Assembly: GCA_030610765.1 (NCBI GenBank)
Contig: JAUWRD010000003.1
Span: 1 to 44,906, forward strand
Length of the DNA: 44,906 nt
Direction of reading: 5' to 3'
DNA from: Actinomycetes bacterium
GTDB taxonomy: Bacteria > Actinomycetota > Aquicultoria > CAJVYJ01 > JAUVQD01
Of this stretch, positions 1 to 10,031 are shown in pieces. Under the pieces are notes generated by a model that had not been told where the DNA came from, did not search any database, and worked only from the letters and a program-made list of their open reading frames with translations. Within the stretch, counting starts at the first letter, position 1. The number at the start of each line of letters is the position of its first letter. Both the position numbers and the translations under genes were made by a program.

Positions 1-879
1 GTTCATATGCCCTCCACCGCCAAAATCGCGCGCTAGCTTCCCGACATCCACAGGTTTTCGGGATCTTAAGCTCGCCTTTATCTCACCAGGCTTAGTTTCC
101 TTGGTCACCATGGCCACATTCACGCTCCCCACAGAGCGCAGTAGATCGACCAAGCTCTCTGTTTCTTCCATTTTCGCGCCAGTTTCAGCTAAATCCTTCA
201 GCTCGATATATGTATAAACAAGGCCGGTATTCTTATCGAAAACCGCCTTCTTCATACCGACTGCCAACAACTTAAACCACTCAAATGAGTAGTTTTCGTA
301 AACCTTATTAAAAACATCAACCGGACTAACGCCTAAATCAACAAGTTCTGCTGCAACCCTCAAGGCCTTGGGCGTAGTATTTGAATATTGCCAGCGCCCC
401 GTATCAGTTAACATGCCAACATAAATACAGGTTGCCGCCGCTTTGGTTAGTGGCACAGACATTGACTTCCAAAGATCAAAAACTTGTTCGGATGCCGAAG
501 ACGTAGACGAATCAATCCAGTTTTGAACCGCAAACTCAGTGTTGTCCGGATGATGATCTATGTTTATTGAGTTTGGACACTGATCGAGCACCGAGACCAT
601 ATCTCCTAATCTATTTTTATTCGCGGCATCCAGTGCCACAAAAACCTTGTGCGCCTCTTTTTTGGGTTCCTCGGGCAAATCAGCCACTCCCGGCAAAAAA
701 TGATATTGAGGAGGTATCACGTTTCGCCCGACCGCTATAGTGAAGGTCTTCTTAAGCGCCGACAATAGCTGGCTAAACGCTAGGGTTGCCCCTACTCCAT
801 CTCCATCTGGTTGGATGTGAGTGGCTATTATGAAATCATCCTCGTGATCTATCAGGTCAGTGATCTTTTTATTGATTAT
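1..879 (-). CDS. nrnA: DHH/DHHA1 family phosphoesterase (NrnA-like oligoribonuclease/pAp phosphatase); 3' end runs off the window
   Basis: Not in the ORF track; translated by hand: IINKKITDLIDHEDDFIIATHIQPDGDGVG...INIDHHPDN...FGGGGHMN, giving HxxPDGD, DHH and GGGH motifs. Usual position after rbfA. Start uncertain (ATA at 879 after GAGGA, or TTG at 948 inside rbfA). Confidence 0.9.
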   Translation of the reverse strand, partial: MINKKITDLIDHEDDFIIATHIQPDGDGVGATLAFSQLLSALKKTFTIAVGRNVIPPQYHFLPGVADLPEEPKKEAHKVFVALDAANKNRLGDMVSVLDQCPNSINIDHHPDNTEFAVQNWIDSSTSSASEQVFDLWKSMSVPLTKAAATCIYVGMLTDTGRWQYSNTTPKALRVAAELVDLGVSPVDVFNKVYENYSFEWFKLLAVGMKKAVFDKNTGLVYTYIELKDLAETGAKMEETESLVDLLRSVGSVNVAMVTKETKPGEIKASLRSRKPVDVGKLARDFGGGGHMN

Positions 880-1228
880 TTTCTTCTTCCTCGTGAATAT
901 CGTGTAGCAACTTCGATATGCGGGCGCTCGACCGGACGGTATCGTCAAAAATAAACTCAATCTCCGGCATATACTTAATTCTAATCTTCTGCGCTAGCGC
1001 TGACCTAATATAGCCCTTGGCGCTATTTAAGCCATCAGTGGTATCTTTTATTTTCTTGTCATCCCCCATAGTGCTGAAATAGATTTTCGCGTGTCTTAAA
1101 TCCCGTGAGAGATCAACTTCGGTGAATGTTACAAAATCAACGCGAGGATCTTTAATTTCGCCTCGCTCCGCCATATCGGCCAATTCCTCTAAAATGCGTT
1201 CCGCCACTCTTTTTGTTCGCCCAGTCAT
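869..1228 (-). CDS. rbfA: 30S ribosome-binding factor A
   Basis: IKDPRV...VDLSRDLRHAKIY...RIKYMPEIEFIFD motifs; downstream of infB. Confidence 0.97.
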   Translation of the reverse strand: MTGRTKRVAERILEELADMAERGEIKDPRVDFVTFTEVDLSRDLRHAKIYFSTMGDDKKIKDTTDGLNSAKGYIRSALAQKIRIKYMPEIEFIFDDTVRSSARISKLLHDIHEEEENNQ

Positions 1229-1325
1229 AGTTACACATCATTCCCAATTGTTTATGTTTTTTATTCAAGAAGTTAGATTTAGATCAATTCGAGGTTTAAT
1301 CAGCGTAAAGCTCACATGTGTGCAA

Positions 1326-1357
1326 AATAAAACATTGGACCGATCAGTAGTTCGGTC
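1326..1357 (-). terminator. possible intrinsic terminator after infB
   Basis: GACCGA-8nt-TCGGTC stem (1338-1357) just after the infB stop, followed on the minus strand by an interrupted T tract (caatgttttatttt). Confidence 0.35.
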
Positions 1358-1364
1358 ACCATAC

Positions 1365-3416
1365 CTAGCCTCGAGGAATTTCGATCAACTCATAGCTTTC
1401 GATGATATCGTCTTCTTTGATGTCAGTATAATCAGCTAAGGCAACACCGCATTCGAACCCTTCCTTAACACTTTTCACATCATCTTTAAACCTACGTAAA
1501 GAAACGGCTTTTCCCTCATATACCACCGTGCCGTCTCGCACCAATCGCACCAGGTCATTTCTGGTGATTTCCCCTTCGACCACGTAAGAGCCGGCAATAA
1601 CGCCAATTTTCGGTGCCTTAAAGACTTTTCTGACCTCCACACGCGCCTTATCCACTTCTTTATATTCGGGCTTAAGCATTCCAATGCACGCAGCTGTGAT
1701 GTCTTCCACAAGTTTGTAGATAATCCTGTAAGTTCTTAAGTCTACTTCCTCTTTCTCAGCCATTTCTTTTGCTTTGGGCTCTGGACGCACATTAAACCCG
1801 ATAACAATCGCGTTTGAAGCTTCCGCTAACATGACATCGCTCTCAGAAATTGCGCCCGCACCTTTGTGGATTACATGTATTTTTACTTCTGTTTGCTCTA
1901 TTTTGTCCAGGGATTCCCGAATCGCCTCGATCGAGCCTTGAGTGTCTCCCTTGAGGACAATCTTTAATTCTTGCACTGCCCCTTCTTTGTATTTTTCAAA
2001 GAGATCGTCAAGGCTGACATGTCGCTTTAAGTGCGCAAGCTGGCGTTTCTTTAACGCTCTTTCTTCAGCTATGCGCCTAGCTTTCTTTTCGTCTTCGGCA
2101 ACTTTAAATTTATCTCCTGCACTCGGGACAGCTGAAAGTCCTATTATCTCTACCGGATAACCGGGTTTCGCTTCTTTTATTTTTCGACCATGATCATCGA
2201 TTAGCGCTCGGGTTCGGCCGAAAACTGTCCCGATCACGACGGGCTGTCCGACTCTTATCGTGCCCCTTTGAACCAGAACAGTCGCCACAGGTCCCCTGCC
2301 TTTATCTAGATTTGCTTCTATCGTTACACCGCTCGCGGGCGCGTCAGGGTTAGCTTTTAGCTCGCGCATCTCGGCTACAAGCAATAGCATATCGAGAAGT
2401 TCCTCGATGTTTGTCTTTTGCTTCGCGGAAACCTCAACATACACGGTGTCGCCGCCCCAAGCTTCAGGCACTAGCTCATATTCAGTTAGCGCTTGCCTGA
2501 CCTTGTCAGGGTTGGCGTCAGGTTTATCGATCTTATTTATTGCCACAACAATGGGGACATTAGCGGCCTTCGCGTGATCAATGGCTTCAACGGTTTGCGG
2601 CATCACGCCATCGTCTGCTGCCACAACCAATACGGCAATATCAGTTACGCTTGCTCCGCGAGCCCTCATGGCCGTAAAAGCTTCGTGCCCCGGAGTATCA
2701 ATAAACGTTATTCTTTTTTCGTTATGAAAAACCTGATAAGCCCCAATGTGTTGCGTTATGCCCCCGGCCTCGCTGGCAATTACATCGGTTTTCCTTATTG
2801 CGTCAAGCAAAAGTGTTTTGCCGTGGTCGACGTGTCCCATAACCGTGATAACCGGGGGTTTGGGCTGAAGCGAGGCTTCATCATCAAAAACTTCTTCTTC
2901 TTCCTCAGCTTCTTCTTCGTTAATATTGAATTTAATTCCAAGGTCCTCGCCTAAAACCCCCATTGCTTCGGCGCTTATATTTTGGTTTATCGTGACCATC
3001 TCACCTAGCTTGATCAGGGTTTTTATCAGATCGTTTGGATTCTTGCCCAGAGCCTCGCCGACCTCTTTGATGGTCGCGCCCTCTGGAATCTCAACAACTG
3101 GTTTATCTTCTTCGGCGCTTGCGTCAACCTCTTCCACAGCAACTTCAGGCGACGCCTCCACTTTGTCTTTCTTTTCTTCCTCGACTGGTGGGGCTTCTTT
3201 CGCTTTCTCGCCGGGCTTAACGTTTTTTGCCTGAATCCGTGCCTCAGCTTTTTCCGCTTCTCGGCGCACGATCTTCCGCACGTGTTCAGCTGTCTCCTCA
3301 TCAAGAGCCTCAAACGAGCTCTTTACGGGAACGCCTTTTTTGGTCAAGTGCTCGATAACTTTTTCGTTGGTCATATCTAGCTCTTTGGCTAGCTGGTGAA
3401 CTCTAATTTTAGGCAT
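1365..3416 (-). CDS. infB: translation initiation factor IF-2
   Basis: [26 protein letters not shown] and NKID G-domain motifs; N-terminal [11 protein letters not shown]2_N. Confidence 0.99.
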   Translation of the reverse strand: MPKIRVHQLAKELDMTNEKVIEHLTKKGVPVKSSFEALDEETAEHVRKIVRREAEKAEARIQAKNVKPGEKAKEAPPVEEEKKDKVEASPEVAVEEVDASAEEDKPVVEIPEGATIKEVGEALGKNPNDLIKTLIKLGEMVTINQNISAEAMGVLGEDLGIKFNINEEEAEEEEEVFDDEASLQPKPPVITVMGHVDHGKTLLLDAIRKTDVIASEAGGITQHIGAYQVFHNEKRITFIDTPGHEAFTAMRARGASVTDIAVLVVAADDGVMPQTVEAIDHAKAANVPIVVAINKIDKPDANPDKVRQALTEYELVPEAWGGDTVYVEVSAKQKTNIEELLDMLLLVAEMRELKANPDAPASGVTIEANLDKGRGPVATVLVQRGTIRVGQPVVIGTVFGRTRALIDDHGRKIKEAKPGYPVEIIGLSAVPSAGDKFKVAEDEKKARRIAEERALKKRQLAHLKRHVSLDDLFEKYKEGAVQELKIVLKGDTQGSIEAIRESLDKIEQTEVKIHVIHKGAGAISESDVMLAEASNAIVIGFNVRPEPKAKEMAEKEEVDLRTYRIIYKLVEDITAACIGMLKPEYKEVDKARVEVRKVFKAPKIGVIAGSYVVEGEITRNDLVRLVRDGTVVYEGKAVSLRRFKDDVKSVKEGFECGVALADYTDIKEDDIIESYELIEIPRG

Positions 3417-3486
3417 TTAATTCATAACCTGACATGTTTTGTTCCTCAAAAGGTAGACAATCTCCACTTCTTTTACGCCTTGGTGA

Positions 3487-4626
3487 TTAACCGTCTTCAC
3501 CTTGTTTTTGGTGCGCCGCCAAACCACAATATGAACTTCCCGGCTTGGCCTTCCTGGTACACCTGGACTTATCGGTCTTAATGGCCTCGCAACGTCCCGC
3601 AGCCTCTTCTTTTTCGACTTTCTTGGCTTTCTTAGCCACACCTGAAAGAAGTTCTTCCGCCACCTTAGTTTCGCTCTTTATGTCTATGCGCCAGCCACTT
3701 AGTTTGGCTGCTAACCTGGCGTTCTGACCTTCCTTGCCTATAGCCAAAGACAGTTGGCTGTCCGGCACAATAACTACAGCCGTATTTTCATCTTCATCGA
3801 TTTGTACTTCTTTTACTTTCGCGGGCGACAGCGCGTTAGAGACGTAGGTTTCGGGGTCTTCGTTATATTGAACAACATCAATTTTCTCCCCGCGAAGTTC
3901 GGACACGACCATTCTAACCCGACTACCTTTTGGACCGACGCAAGCGCCTACTGGATCGACCCCTTCTTCGCTTGAGCTCACCGCAAGCTTCGATCGATAA
4001 CCAGGCTCGCGTGCTACTGATTTAATCTCAACAAAACCATCGTATATTTCAGGCACTTCTAACTCGAACAGTCGCCTTAGCAACCCTGGATGCGAGCGAG
4101 AAACAATAATCTGCGGGTCTTTCGTTGTCCTTCGCACCTCGACAATATACGCTTTTAATCTCATGCCGTGATCGTATCGCTCCGATGGTACTTGCTCGGT
4201 AATCGGCAGCAGAGCTTCAACTCTTCCAAGATTCACCAGCGTATATCGCTGGTCTGATTGCTGAACTATTCCGGTTACGATGTCTCCCTCGCGACCTTCA
4301 TACTCGGCAAACATCATCTCGCGTTCTGCTTCACGAATGCGCTGAAGGATGACCTGTTTGGCCGTTTGAGCAGCTATCCGACCGAAATCATTGGCATTAG
4401 TTTGCTTTTCGACAGCAACTTTTTCTCCGTCATCATCCTCAACGATTTCATAGACTTTCGGCTCGCCAGTCTCAGGGTTTATCTTTACTTGAATATCACT
4501 GTCTTCGTCATAATTCTTCCTGTATACAGCAGCTAAAGCAATTTCAAGTGTCTCCAGGATCGCCGCTGGTTCGATCTTTTTCTCTCGCTCAAGCTGCTTA
4601 AGCGCCATAATTAGTTCTTTATTCAT
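3487..4626 (-). CDS. nusA: transcription termination/antitermination factor NusA with C-terminal Cys/His tail
   Basis: FGRIAAQTAKQVI, S1 domain, DPVGACVG and LSLAIGKEGQNARLAAKL KH motifs. Likely start MNKE at 4626 (ORF track starts at 4644). Confidence 0.98.
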   Translation of the reverse strand: MNKELIMALKQLEREKKIEPAAILETLEIALAAVYRKNYDEDSDIQVKINPETGEPKVYEIVEDDDGEKVAVEKQTNANDFGRIAAQTAKQVILQRIREAEREMMFAEYEGREGDIVTGIVQQSDQRYTLVNLGRVEALLPITEQVPSERYDHGMRLKAYIVEVRRTTKDPQIIVSRSHPGLLRRLFELEVPEIYDGFVEIKSVAREPGYRSKLAVSSSEEGVDPVGACVGPKGSRVRMVVSELRGEKIDVVQYNEDPETYVSNALSPAKVKEVQIDEDENTAVVIVPDSQLSLAIGKEGQNARLAAKLSGWRIDIKSETKVAEELLSGVAKKAKKVEKEEAAGRCEAIKTDKSRCTRKAKPGSSYCGLAAHQKQGEDG

Positions 4627-5101
4627 CTTCTGTATCCTTCTCACCGGTGAATACTAAGTTGGCTTTCAACACTTGACAGTAGCTAAGATCTACCTTGTCT
4701 CCTTCAAATTCAATCGAAAAACCTGAATCATTTACCTTAATCAATTTTCCCTTATACTTCCGGCGCCCGTCAATCGAGCGCTTGGTTTTCACTAAAATCT
4801 TCTGACCCTTAAAACGTTCGTAATGACTCACTTTCGTCAACCGACGCTCAATACCTGGTGAAGAAACTTCCAGACTATACGATGCCTCGATTATATCACC
4901 TTCATCAAGCAGACTGCTTATCAGGCTGCTTGCCTTAGCACAATCTTCGAGCCTTACGCCTGACGGCTGATCAATATAAACCCGTAGCACCATCCCTACC
5001 GGCTCTCGTCTGTACTCAATATCTACTACCTCATACCCCATGGACTCAAGCTGGGGCTCAATCGAGGCTCTTACACTTTCCTTAATTTCCAGCGCTCTCA
5101 A
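4619..5101 (-). CDS. rimP: ribosome maturation factor RimP
   Basis: LRVYID...LEDC...YSLEVSSPGIERRL. Likely TTG start at 5101, since the longer ORF runs through the leader hairpin. Confidence 0.96.
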   Translation of the reverse strand: MRALEIKESVRASIEPQLESMGYEVVDIEYRREPVGMVLRVYIDQPSGVRLEDCAKASSLISSLLDEGDIIEASYSLEVSSPGIERRLTKVSHYERFKGQKILVKTKRSIDGRRKYKGKLIKVNDSGFSIEFEGDKVDLSYCQVLKANLVFTGEKDTEDE

Positions 5102-5115
5102 GGTTATTACCCAAT

Positions 5116-5139
5116 AAAAAAGTGGGCTAATACCCACTT
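5116..5139 (-). promoter_or_regulatory. rimP leader hairpin/attenuator
   Basis: Minus strand AAGTGGG-tattag-CCCACTT followed by a T run, directly upstream of rimP; resembles the widely conserved rimP-leader GTGGG...CCCAC stem. Confidence 0.75.
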
Positions 5140-5165
5140 AAAGTTCAAACTACTAATATGTCGTG

Positions 5166-5195
5166 ACTATATCACAATTTTTCCAGGCGGCGCAA
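5166..5195 (-). promoter_or_regulatory. sigma70-type promoter for rimP-nusA-infB
   Basis: TTGCGC-18nt-TATAGT with extended -10 TG. Confidence 0.6.
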
Positions 5196-5207
5196 TACGC
5201 GCACCCG

Positions 5208-5879
5208 TTACGCTTTCTTCTCTGGTTTTATGCTCCGATACATCTCTTGATACATACGCAGTCTAGCGGATAATCCACGCATCATTCCAAGCTTCTCCTC
5301 TTTCATAACATGCGTTAAGTCGTTCAATACCACCTCAAGAATATTAGCGTCTACCTTCTTCGCGTGCCTGGTAATGATGATTTCAGCCCCGAATTTTGTT
5401 AAGGACAGGTTTGGCAAATCTTCTACCAAGCCGAAACGAAGGGCCCTTTGCCCTGATATCGCTGGCATGAGATTATGAGAAAGATCTGTTCGAAACCTTC
5501 CGCCCGAAAATTTACCCACAGTCATATCTAAATGATCGTCGTCTAGCAAAGGCCTGATCAATTGCTCAAAGTGGTACTTTCTTATCCCTAGAATATCCGC
5601 GTCACTGAAGACCAGAATATCGGGTCTAACCGCATCAATCCCCTCTTGCATAGCATGGCCCTTGCCGCTGTTAACGTGAACATCGATGACCTGTACCCCA
5701 AGTTTCCGGGCGACGAAACTAGTCTGATCCGTGGAACCATCATTGACAACAACGACCTCATTGATCAGCCCGGTTGATTGTGCCGCGGCAATGACATCGC
5801 CTATTCTCCCCTCCTCGTTATAGGCAGGTATTACTAAGGATATCCACTTGTTTTTGTTGCTTTTATGATCAGTTTTCAT
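5208..5879 (-). CDS. glycosyltransferase family 2
   Basis: SLVIPAYNEE, VVVNDGSTD, NSGKGHAM and FSDAD (DxD) motifs; ATG at 5879 overlapping the proS end. Confidence 0.92.
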   Translation of the reverse strand: MKTDHKSNKNKWISLVIPAYNEEGRIGDVIAAAQSTGLINEVVVVNDGSTDQTSFVARKLGVQVIDVHVNSGKGHAMQEGIDAVRPDILVFSDADILGIRKYHFEQLIRPLLDDDHLDMTVGKFSGGRFRTDLSHNLMPAISGQRALRFGLVEDLPNLSLTKFGAEIIITRHAKKVDANILEVVLNDLTHVMKEEKLGMMRGLSARLRMYQEMYRSIKPEKKA

Positions 5880-7566
5880 CAAGAGCTGTTAACCAATCCG
5901 ATAGCTTGTCTACTTCTACATCATATCTCTTTTGTGTTTCGCGTATCTTAATTTCGACCATTTTCTTTTCCGCAAACTTCTTTCCGACAATTATTTGTAC
6001 AGGTAAACCCAGCAAATCCGCGTCCGTAAACTTGATTCCCGGACTCAGCAATCGATCGTCGTACAAGACTTCGTTTTTATCCAAAAGCTGGTTATAGATT
6101 TCATCTGCCGCTTTTAGACCTGCTTCATCTTTAGTGAGATTCATCAAATGAATGTCAAATGGCGCGATCGCTTTCGGCCAGATTATTCCTCTTTCATCGT
6201 TCCTTTGTTCAATCGCCGCCGCCACCATCCGGCTAACACCAATTCCATAACATCCCATAATAAATAGTTGCTCCCGGCCAGCGTCATCAACATATTTGGC
6301 GTCCATTTTTGAGCTGTACTTCGTACCTAGCTGAAATATATGACCGACCTCAATGCCTCTGACCCCTTCGAGCTGACCATGATCGCAATCGATACAGGCT
6401 TCTCCTTCTTCCGCAAAGACAAGATCGGCCCAGACGTCCGCGGAAAAATCTGATTCAGTATTAACGTTTACAAAATGATGATCGACTTCATTGGCCCCGA
6501 CCACAAAATTACTTAGTGAGCGCAAAGAATTATCCGCGACTATTTTCGCGTTCATAAGACCAATTGGACCAACAAAACCCTGGATAATATCAGGCCTTTT
6601 TTCAAAATCCTCTTTCGAAAATAGAGAAACTTCACCAACGCCCAGAGCCGAGGCCAATTTGTGGGGATTAATCTCTTTTGAGCCCGGGACCAAAGCTGCG
6701 ACCGTCGAGTCGCCCGTCTTATAAATCAATGTCTTGACCACTGATGTTTTCGGAATATCCAGGAACTGCGCGAGATCATTTATGGATGATTTGTTTGGTG
6801 TGTGAACTTTTTTGCGCGCCTCGCGCGCCTCGTTTTCTCCAGACGCGTGCCACTTTGACGAAGCCGTTTCCAAATTGGCCGCGTAACCACAATTCTCGCA
6901 ATGGACAACAACATCTTCACCAGCATCGGCCAGAACCATAAACTCTTCTGACACCGCGCCACCGATAAGCCCGCCTGCGGCTTTTACGACTCGATATGAC
7001 AGACCGCACCGCTCGACAATTCTAGCGTATGCTTTCTGCATGAGCTGATATGTCTCATCAAGGGATTCCTGCGTAGCGTGAAAGCTATACGCGTCCTTCA
7101 TGATAAACTCCCGGCTCCTCATCACACCAAAACGTGGTCTTATCTCGTCTCGATATTTCGCTTGAATCTGATAGAAACACTTAGGCAGATCTTTATATGA
7201 GTGGATCTCTTTAGCAATCGATGTGATCAGCTCTTCGTGGGTCGGTCCCAAGCAAAATTCTCTTTGATGGCGGTCGACCAGCCGCATCATTTCTTCACCA
7301 TACGCAAACCAGCGATCGCTTTGTTTCCACAGCTCCGCCGGTTGTAGTGCCGGCATAAGTAGTTCTAAGCAGCCCGCGTTATCCATTTCTTCACGGACAA
7401 TATTCTCTACTTTTCTGAGCACCCTGAGACCAATAGGCATCCATGTATAAACACCGCTGGCCGCTTTTCTGAGTAGACCTGCCCTGACCATAAGTTTATG
7501 GCTAGTTATCTCGGCATCCGCCGGATCGTCTCTTAGCGTTGGAATAAAAGTCTTTGAATACCTCAA
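5869..7566 (-). CDS. proS: proline--tRNA ligase (bacterial type with editing insertion)
   Basis: LGPTHEE, RDEIRPRFGVMRSREFIMKDAYSF, GIEVGHIFQLG, MGCYGIGVSR; TTG start after AGGAG. Confidence 0.99.
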   Translation of the reverse strand: MRYSKTFIPTLRDDPADAEITSHKLMVRAGLLRKAASGVYTWMPIGLRVLRKVENIVREEMDNAGCLELLMPALQPAELWKQSDRWFAYGEEMMRLVDRHQREFCLGPTHEELITSIAKEIHSYKDLPKCFYQIQAKYRDEIRPRFGVMRSREFIMKDAYSFHATQESLDETYQLMQKAYARIVERCGLSYRVVKAAGGLIGGAVSEEFMVLADAGEDVVVHCENCGYAANLETASSKWHASGENEAREARKKVHTPNKSSINDLAQFLDIPKTSVVKTLIYKTGDSTVAALVPGSKEINPHKLASALGVGEVSLFSKEDFEKRPDIIQGFVGPIGLMNAKIVADNSLRSLSNFVVGANEVDHHFVNVNTESDFSADVWADLVFAEEGEACIDCDHGQLEGVRGIEVGHIFQLGTKYSSKMDAKYVDDAGREQLFIMGCYGIGVSRMVAAAIEQRNDERGIIWPKAIAPFDIHLMNLTKDEAGLKAADEIYNQLLDKNEVLYDDRLLSPGIKFTDADLLGLPVQIIVGKKFAEKKMVEIKIRETQKRYDVEVDKLSDWLTALDEN

Positions 7567-7591
7567 TTTGCTCTCCTAATAAGTTCTTGCT

Positions 7592-8656
7592 TCAATCAAG
7601 TCCCTTGATCGCCAAGACTAGTTCATCAAAAAAGTCCTTCTCTTTAACTGTCTTAATCGACTGACCCTGAACAAAAATCACGCCTTTGCCCTTGCCGGCC
7701 GCCAAACCAATATCAGCGTCCGCTGCTTCACCGGGCCCGTTTACAACACAGCCCATAACCGCGACTTTTATGGTTTTTTTGGAAAACTTTAAATAATCTT
7801 CTATCTTTTCAGCTATCGAGAACAGATCGACTTCACATCGGGCGCAAGTCGGGCATGCAATCACTTCCGGATGAAACGCCCGCATACCCAGCGCCTGCAA
7901 TATCTCTTTTGCCACATGAACCTCATGAACCGGATCCGCGGCCAAGGAAACACGCAAAGTGTCGCCAATGCCTTCCTCTAAGAGCACCCCGATACCGAGA
8001 GCGGATCTAATGGCTCCATTTAATAATGTTCCGCTTTCGGTCACACCTAAATGTAGAGGATGCCTTGTCGCTTTTGCAAGCCCCCTGTAAGCGTCAATGG
8101 TATCAGGGACGCTTGACGATTTAACAGACAGTGCCATATCAAAGAAATCCATCGATTCCAGCAAATCAACATATTCAAGAGCGCTCAGAACTAACTTTTC
8201 GGACATGGGGAGATCTTTTGACCGGAGTTCTTTACCGATGGAGCCGGAGTTAACACCTATCCGTATCGGGATTTTCGCTTCTTTCGCTGCCTCGATGATG
8301 CTTCTAACTCCAGCCTCATCGCCAATATTCCCCGGATTAATCCGCACCTTGTCGGCACCTGAATTAATGGCCTGCACGGCGAGCTCGGCTCTAAAGTGAA
8401 TATCCGCGACTATCGGAATATTTATTTTTGACTTGATATTCGCCAGCGCCAACGCGGACTCTTGATCAGGAATTGAAACTCTGATGATCTCACAACCAGC
8501 TGATTCAAGTTCTAGAACCTGTTCAACGGTCACATCAACTTCGCTTGTCTTGGTATTTGTCATGGATTGGATGGCAACCGGATTGGCGCCCCCAAGCTTT
8601 ACCGACCCGACTGTGATTTCTTTTGACTCACCTAAAACTCTGTTTCTGGTCTTCAT
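7592..8656 (-). CDS. ispG: (E)-4-hydroxy-3-methylbut-2-enyl-diphosphate synthase
   Basis: IQSMTNTKT, VADIHF, RINPGNIG, HLGVTESG, ACPTCARC, VMGCVVNGPGEA. Confidence 0.99.
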   Translation of the reverse strand: MKTRNRVLGESKEITVGSVKLGGANPVAIQSMTNTKTSEVDVTVEQVLELESAGCEIIRVSIPDQESALALANIKSKINIPIVADIHFRAELAVQAINSGADKVRINPGNIGDEAGVRSIIEAAKEAKIPIRIGVNSGSIGKELRSKDLPMSEKLVLSALEYVDLLESMDFFDMALSVKSSSVPDTIDAYRGLAKATRHPLHLGVTESGTLLNGAIRSALGIGVLLEEGIGDTLRVSLAADPVHEVHVAKEILQALGMRAFHPEVIACPTCARCEVDLFSIAEKIEDYLKFSKKTIKVAVMGCVVNGPGEAADADIGLAAGKGKGVIFVQGQSIKTVKEKDFFDELVLAIKGLD

Positions 8657-8705
8657 CGCAGTTTAGGTTACCTTTTAAGGCCGTCTTAAGGCAAGGAGTT
8701 GTAAG

Positions 8706-10010
8706 CTAACCGCTTCCAGGTGTGACTATTCTGAAAATATCCGCCGCGATCACGTAAGTCATCAACATCAACAGCAAGCTAACTCCGACAACATTAATGA
8801 ATATCAAGGCTTCCTTAGGCATGGGCCGCCTTATCAATGACTCAATACCCGAAATCAAGATCCGCCCGCCATCTAACGGCGGCATTGGGAGTAAGTTGAA
8901 GATTCCAATGGCTATACTAATTCCAGCTAATGTAATTATATATTCCATGATGTCCCGTTGAACTATTGGAGCTGTTTCAGTTACCGCCCCGATCGGGCTC
9001 CGGAGCTGTCCAAGAACACTCTTTGGAGCGGTGATTAGTTTGCCGATTAAGTCCAAGATTATTCCGGTAGCCCTGTATGTAAATGAGAATCCCTCTTTCG
9101 TCGCGGCAATTAGGCCGCGAGGTCGCCGCTCTAGCTTGGTGGCAACGCCCAAAATACCGTCTTTGTTCTTTTCTCTTAATTTCGCGTCAAAAGTTATTCG
9201 TTTATCCGCGCGCTTAACAACCACTCTTGTGTCTGACCCGGCGTTATCGTGAGTTTCGGTAACAACTTTTTGCCAGGAAGGCGTTGCTTTTCCACCAATC
9301 GCGACGATCGTATCGCCCGACTTAATACCTACTTTTTCCGCTGGTCCTCCTTTGAGCACCTTGCCAATAGTTGTCGTTGGCTCAGCAAACCCGACGAGCA
9401 GCACACCGATTATCAAAACCAGGGCCAGGAGAACATTCATCATCGGACCGGCCACCATGACCAAACCCTTCTTGATAAATCCCTGGCCAGTCAGGGTGTC
9501 AGGTAGATCGTCGATAGTTATGTCGTCACTTGCAGACGGACCGGCACCCAACCAACCCACTCCATCCCTTGCCCCAATGTCAACACTTAAGACTTCTTCC
9601 GCGTCGTTTCTTTTAATTTTGAATTCAGCGCTTTTGCCGCCTGACTTTTTTATGATTTCAAAAATCTGCAACCAGTTCTTGACCGGTTTTCCGTCAATTT
9701 CCAATATCTTGTCTTCCGAGACTAGTCCCGCCTCTTGAGCCGGGCTCGTTGGGGAAACTTTGTCTATCTCCGTGTTGTGCAATTCCATGAACTCTGGAAA
9801 CTTGACATACCCTCCAAAAAGGACAGGCTTGATTCCGTATGTGGTCTCACCTCTCTTAAACTTCAGAAGCGACCTGCCGATGGGCAGACCAAGAAAAAAT
9901 TCAGTAATTTTAAGCCCGATCAGCTTGCCAGCCACAAAATGTCCCAATTCATGAACAAAAATCAAAAGACCAAGACCCAAAATTGCTACTACAAAAGTTC
10001 CAGTGACCAC
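8706..10010 (-). CDS. rseP: RIP metalloprotease RseP/RasP (M50) with two PDZ domains
   Basis: HELGH, GGYV, AGP and FNLLPMPPLDGG motifs; located between dxr and ispG. Confidence 0.96.
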   Translation of the reverse strand: MVTGTFVVAILGLGLLIFVHELGHFVAGKLIGLKITEFFLGLPIGRSLLKFKRGETTYGIKPVLFGGYVKFPEFMELHNTEIDKVSPTSPAQEAGLVSEDKILEIDGKPVKNWLQIFEIIKKSGGKSAEFKIKRNDAEEVLSVDIGARDGVGWLGAGPSASDDITIDDLPDTLTGQGFIKKGLVMVAGPMMNVLLALVLIIGVLLVGFAEPTTTIGKVLKGGPAEKVGIKSGDTIVAIGGKATPSWQKVVTETHDNAGSDTRVVVKRADKRITFDAKLREKNKDGILGVATKLERRPRGLIAATKEGFSFTYRATGIILDLIGKLITAPKSVLGQLRSPIGAVTETAPIVQRDIMEYIITLAGISIAIGIFNLLPMPPLDGGRILISGIESLIRRPMPKEALIFINVVGVSLLLMLMTYVIAADIFRIVTPGSG

Positions 10011-10031
10011 TTATTGACCTCCCGATAGTTT

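Noticed and set aside
1229-1364. Possible DUF503/ylxP remnant between infB and rbfA
   Set aside because: Only 136 nt, AT-rich, with no recognisable residual reading frame.
3417-3641. 74-aa ORF at the position where ylxR usually lies
   Set aside because: It mostly overlaps nusA in another frame and lacks the YlxR RxCxxC and GRGAY motifs.
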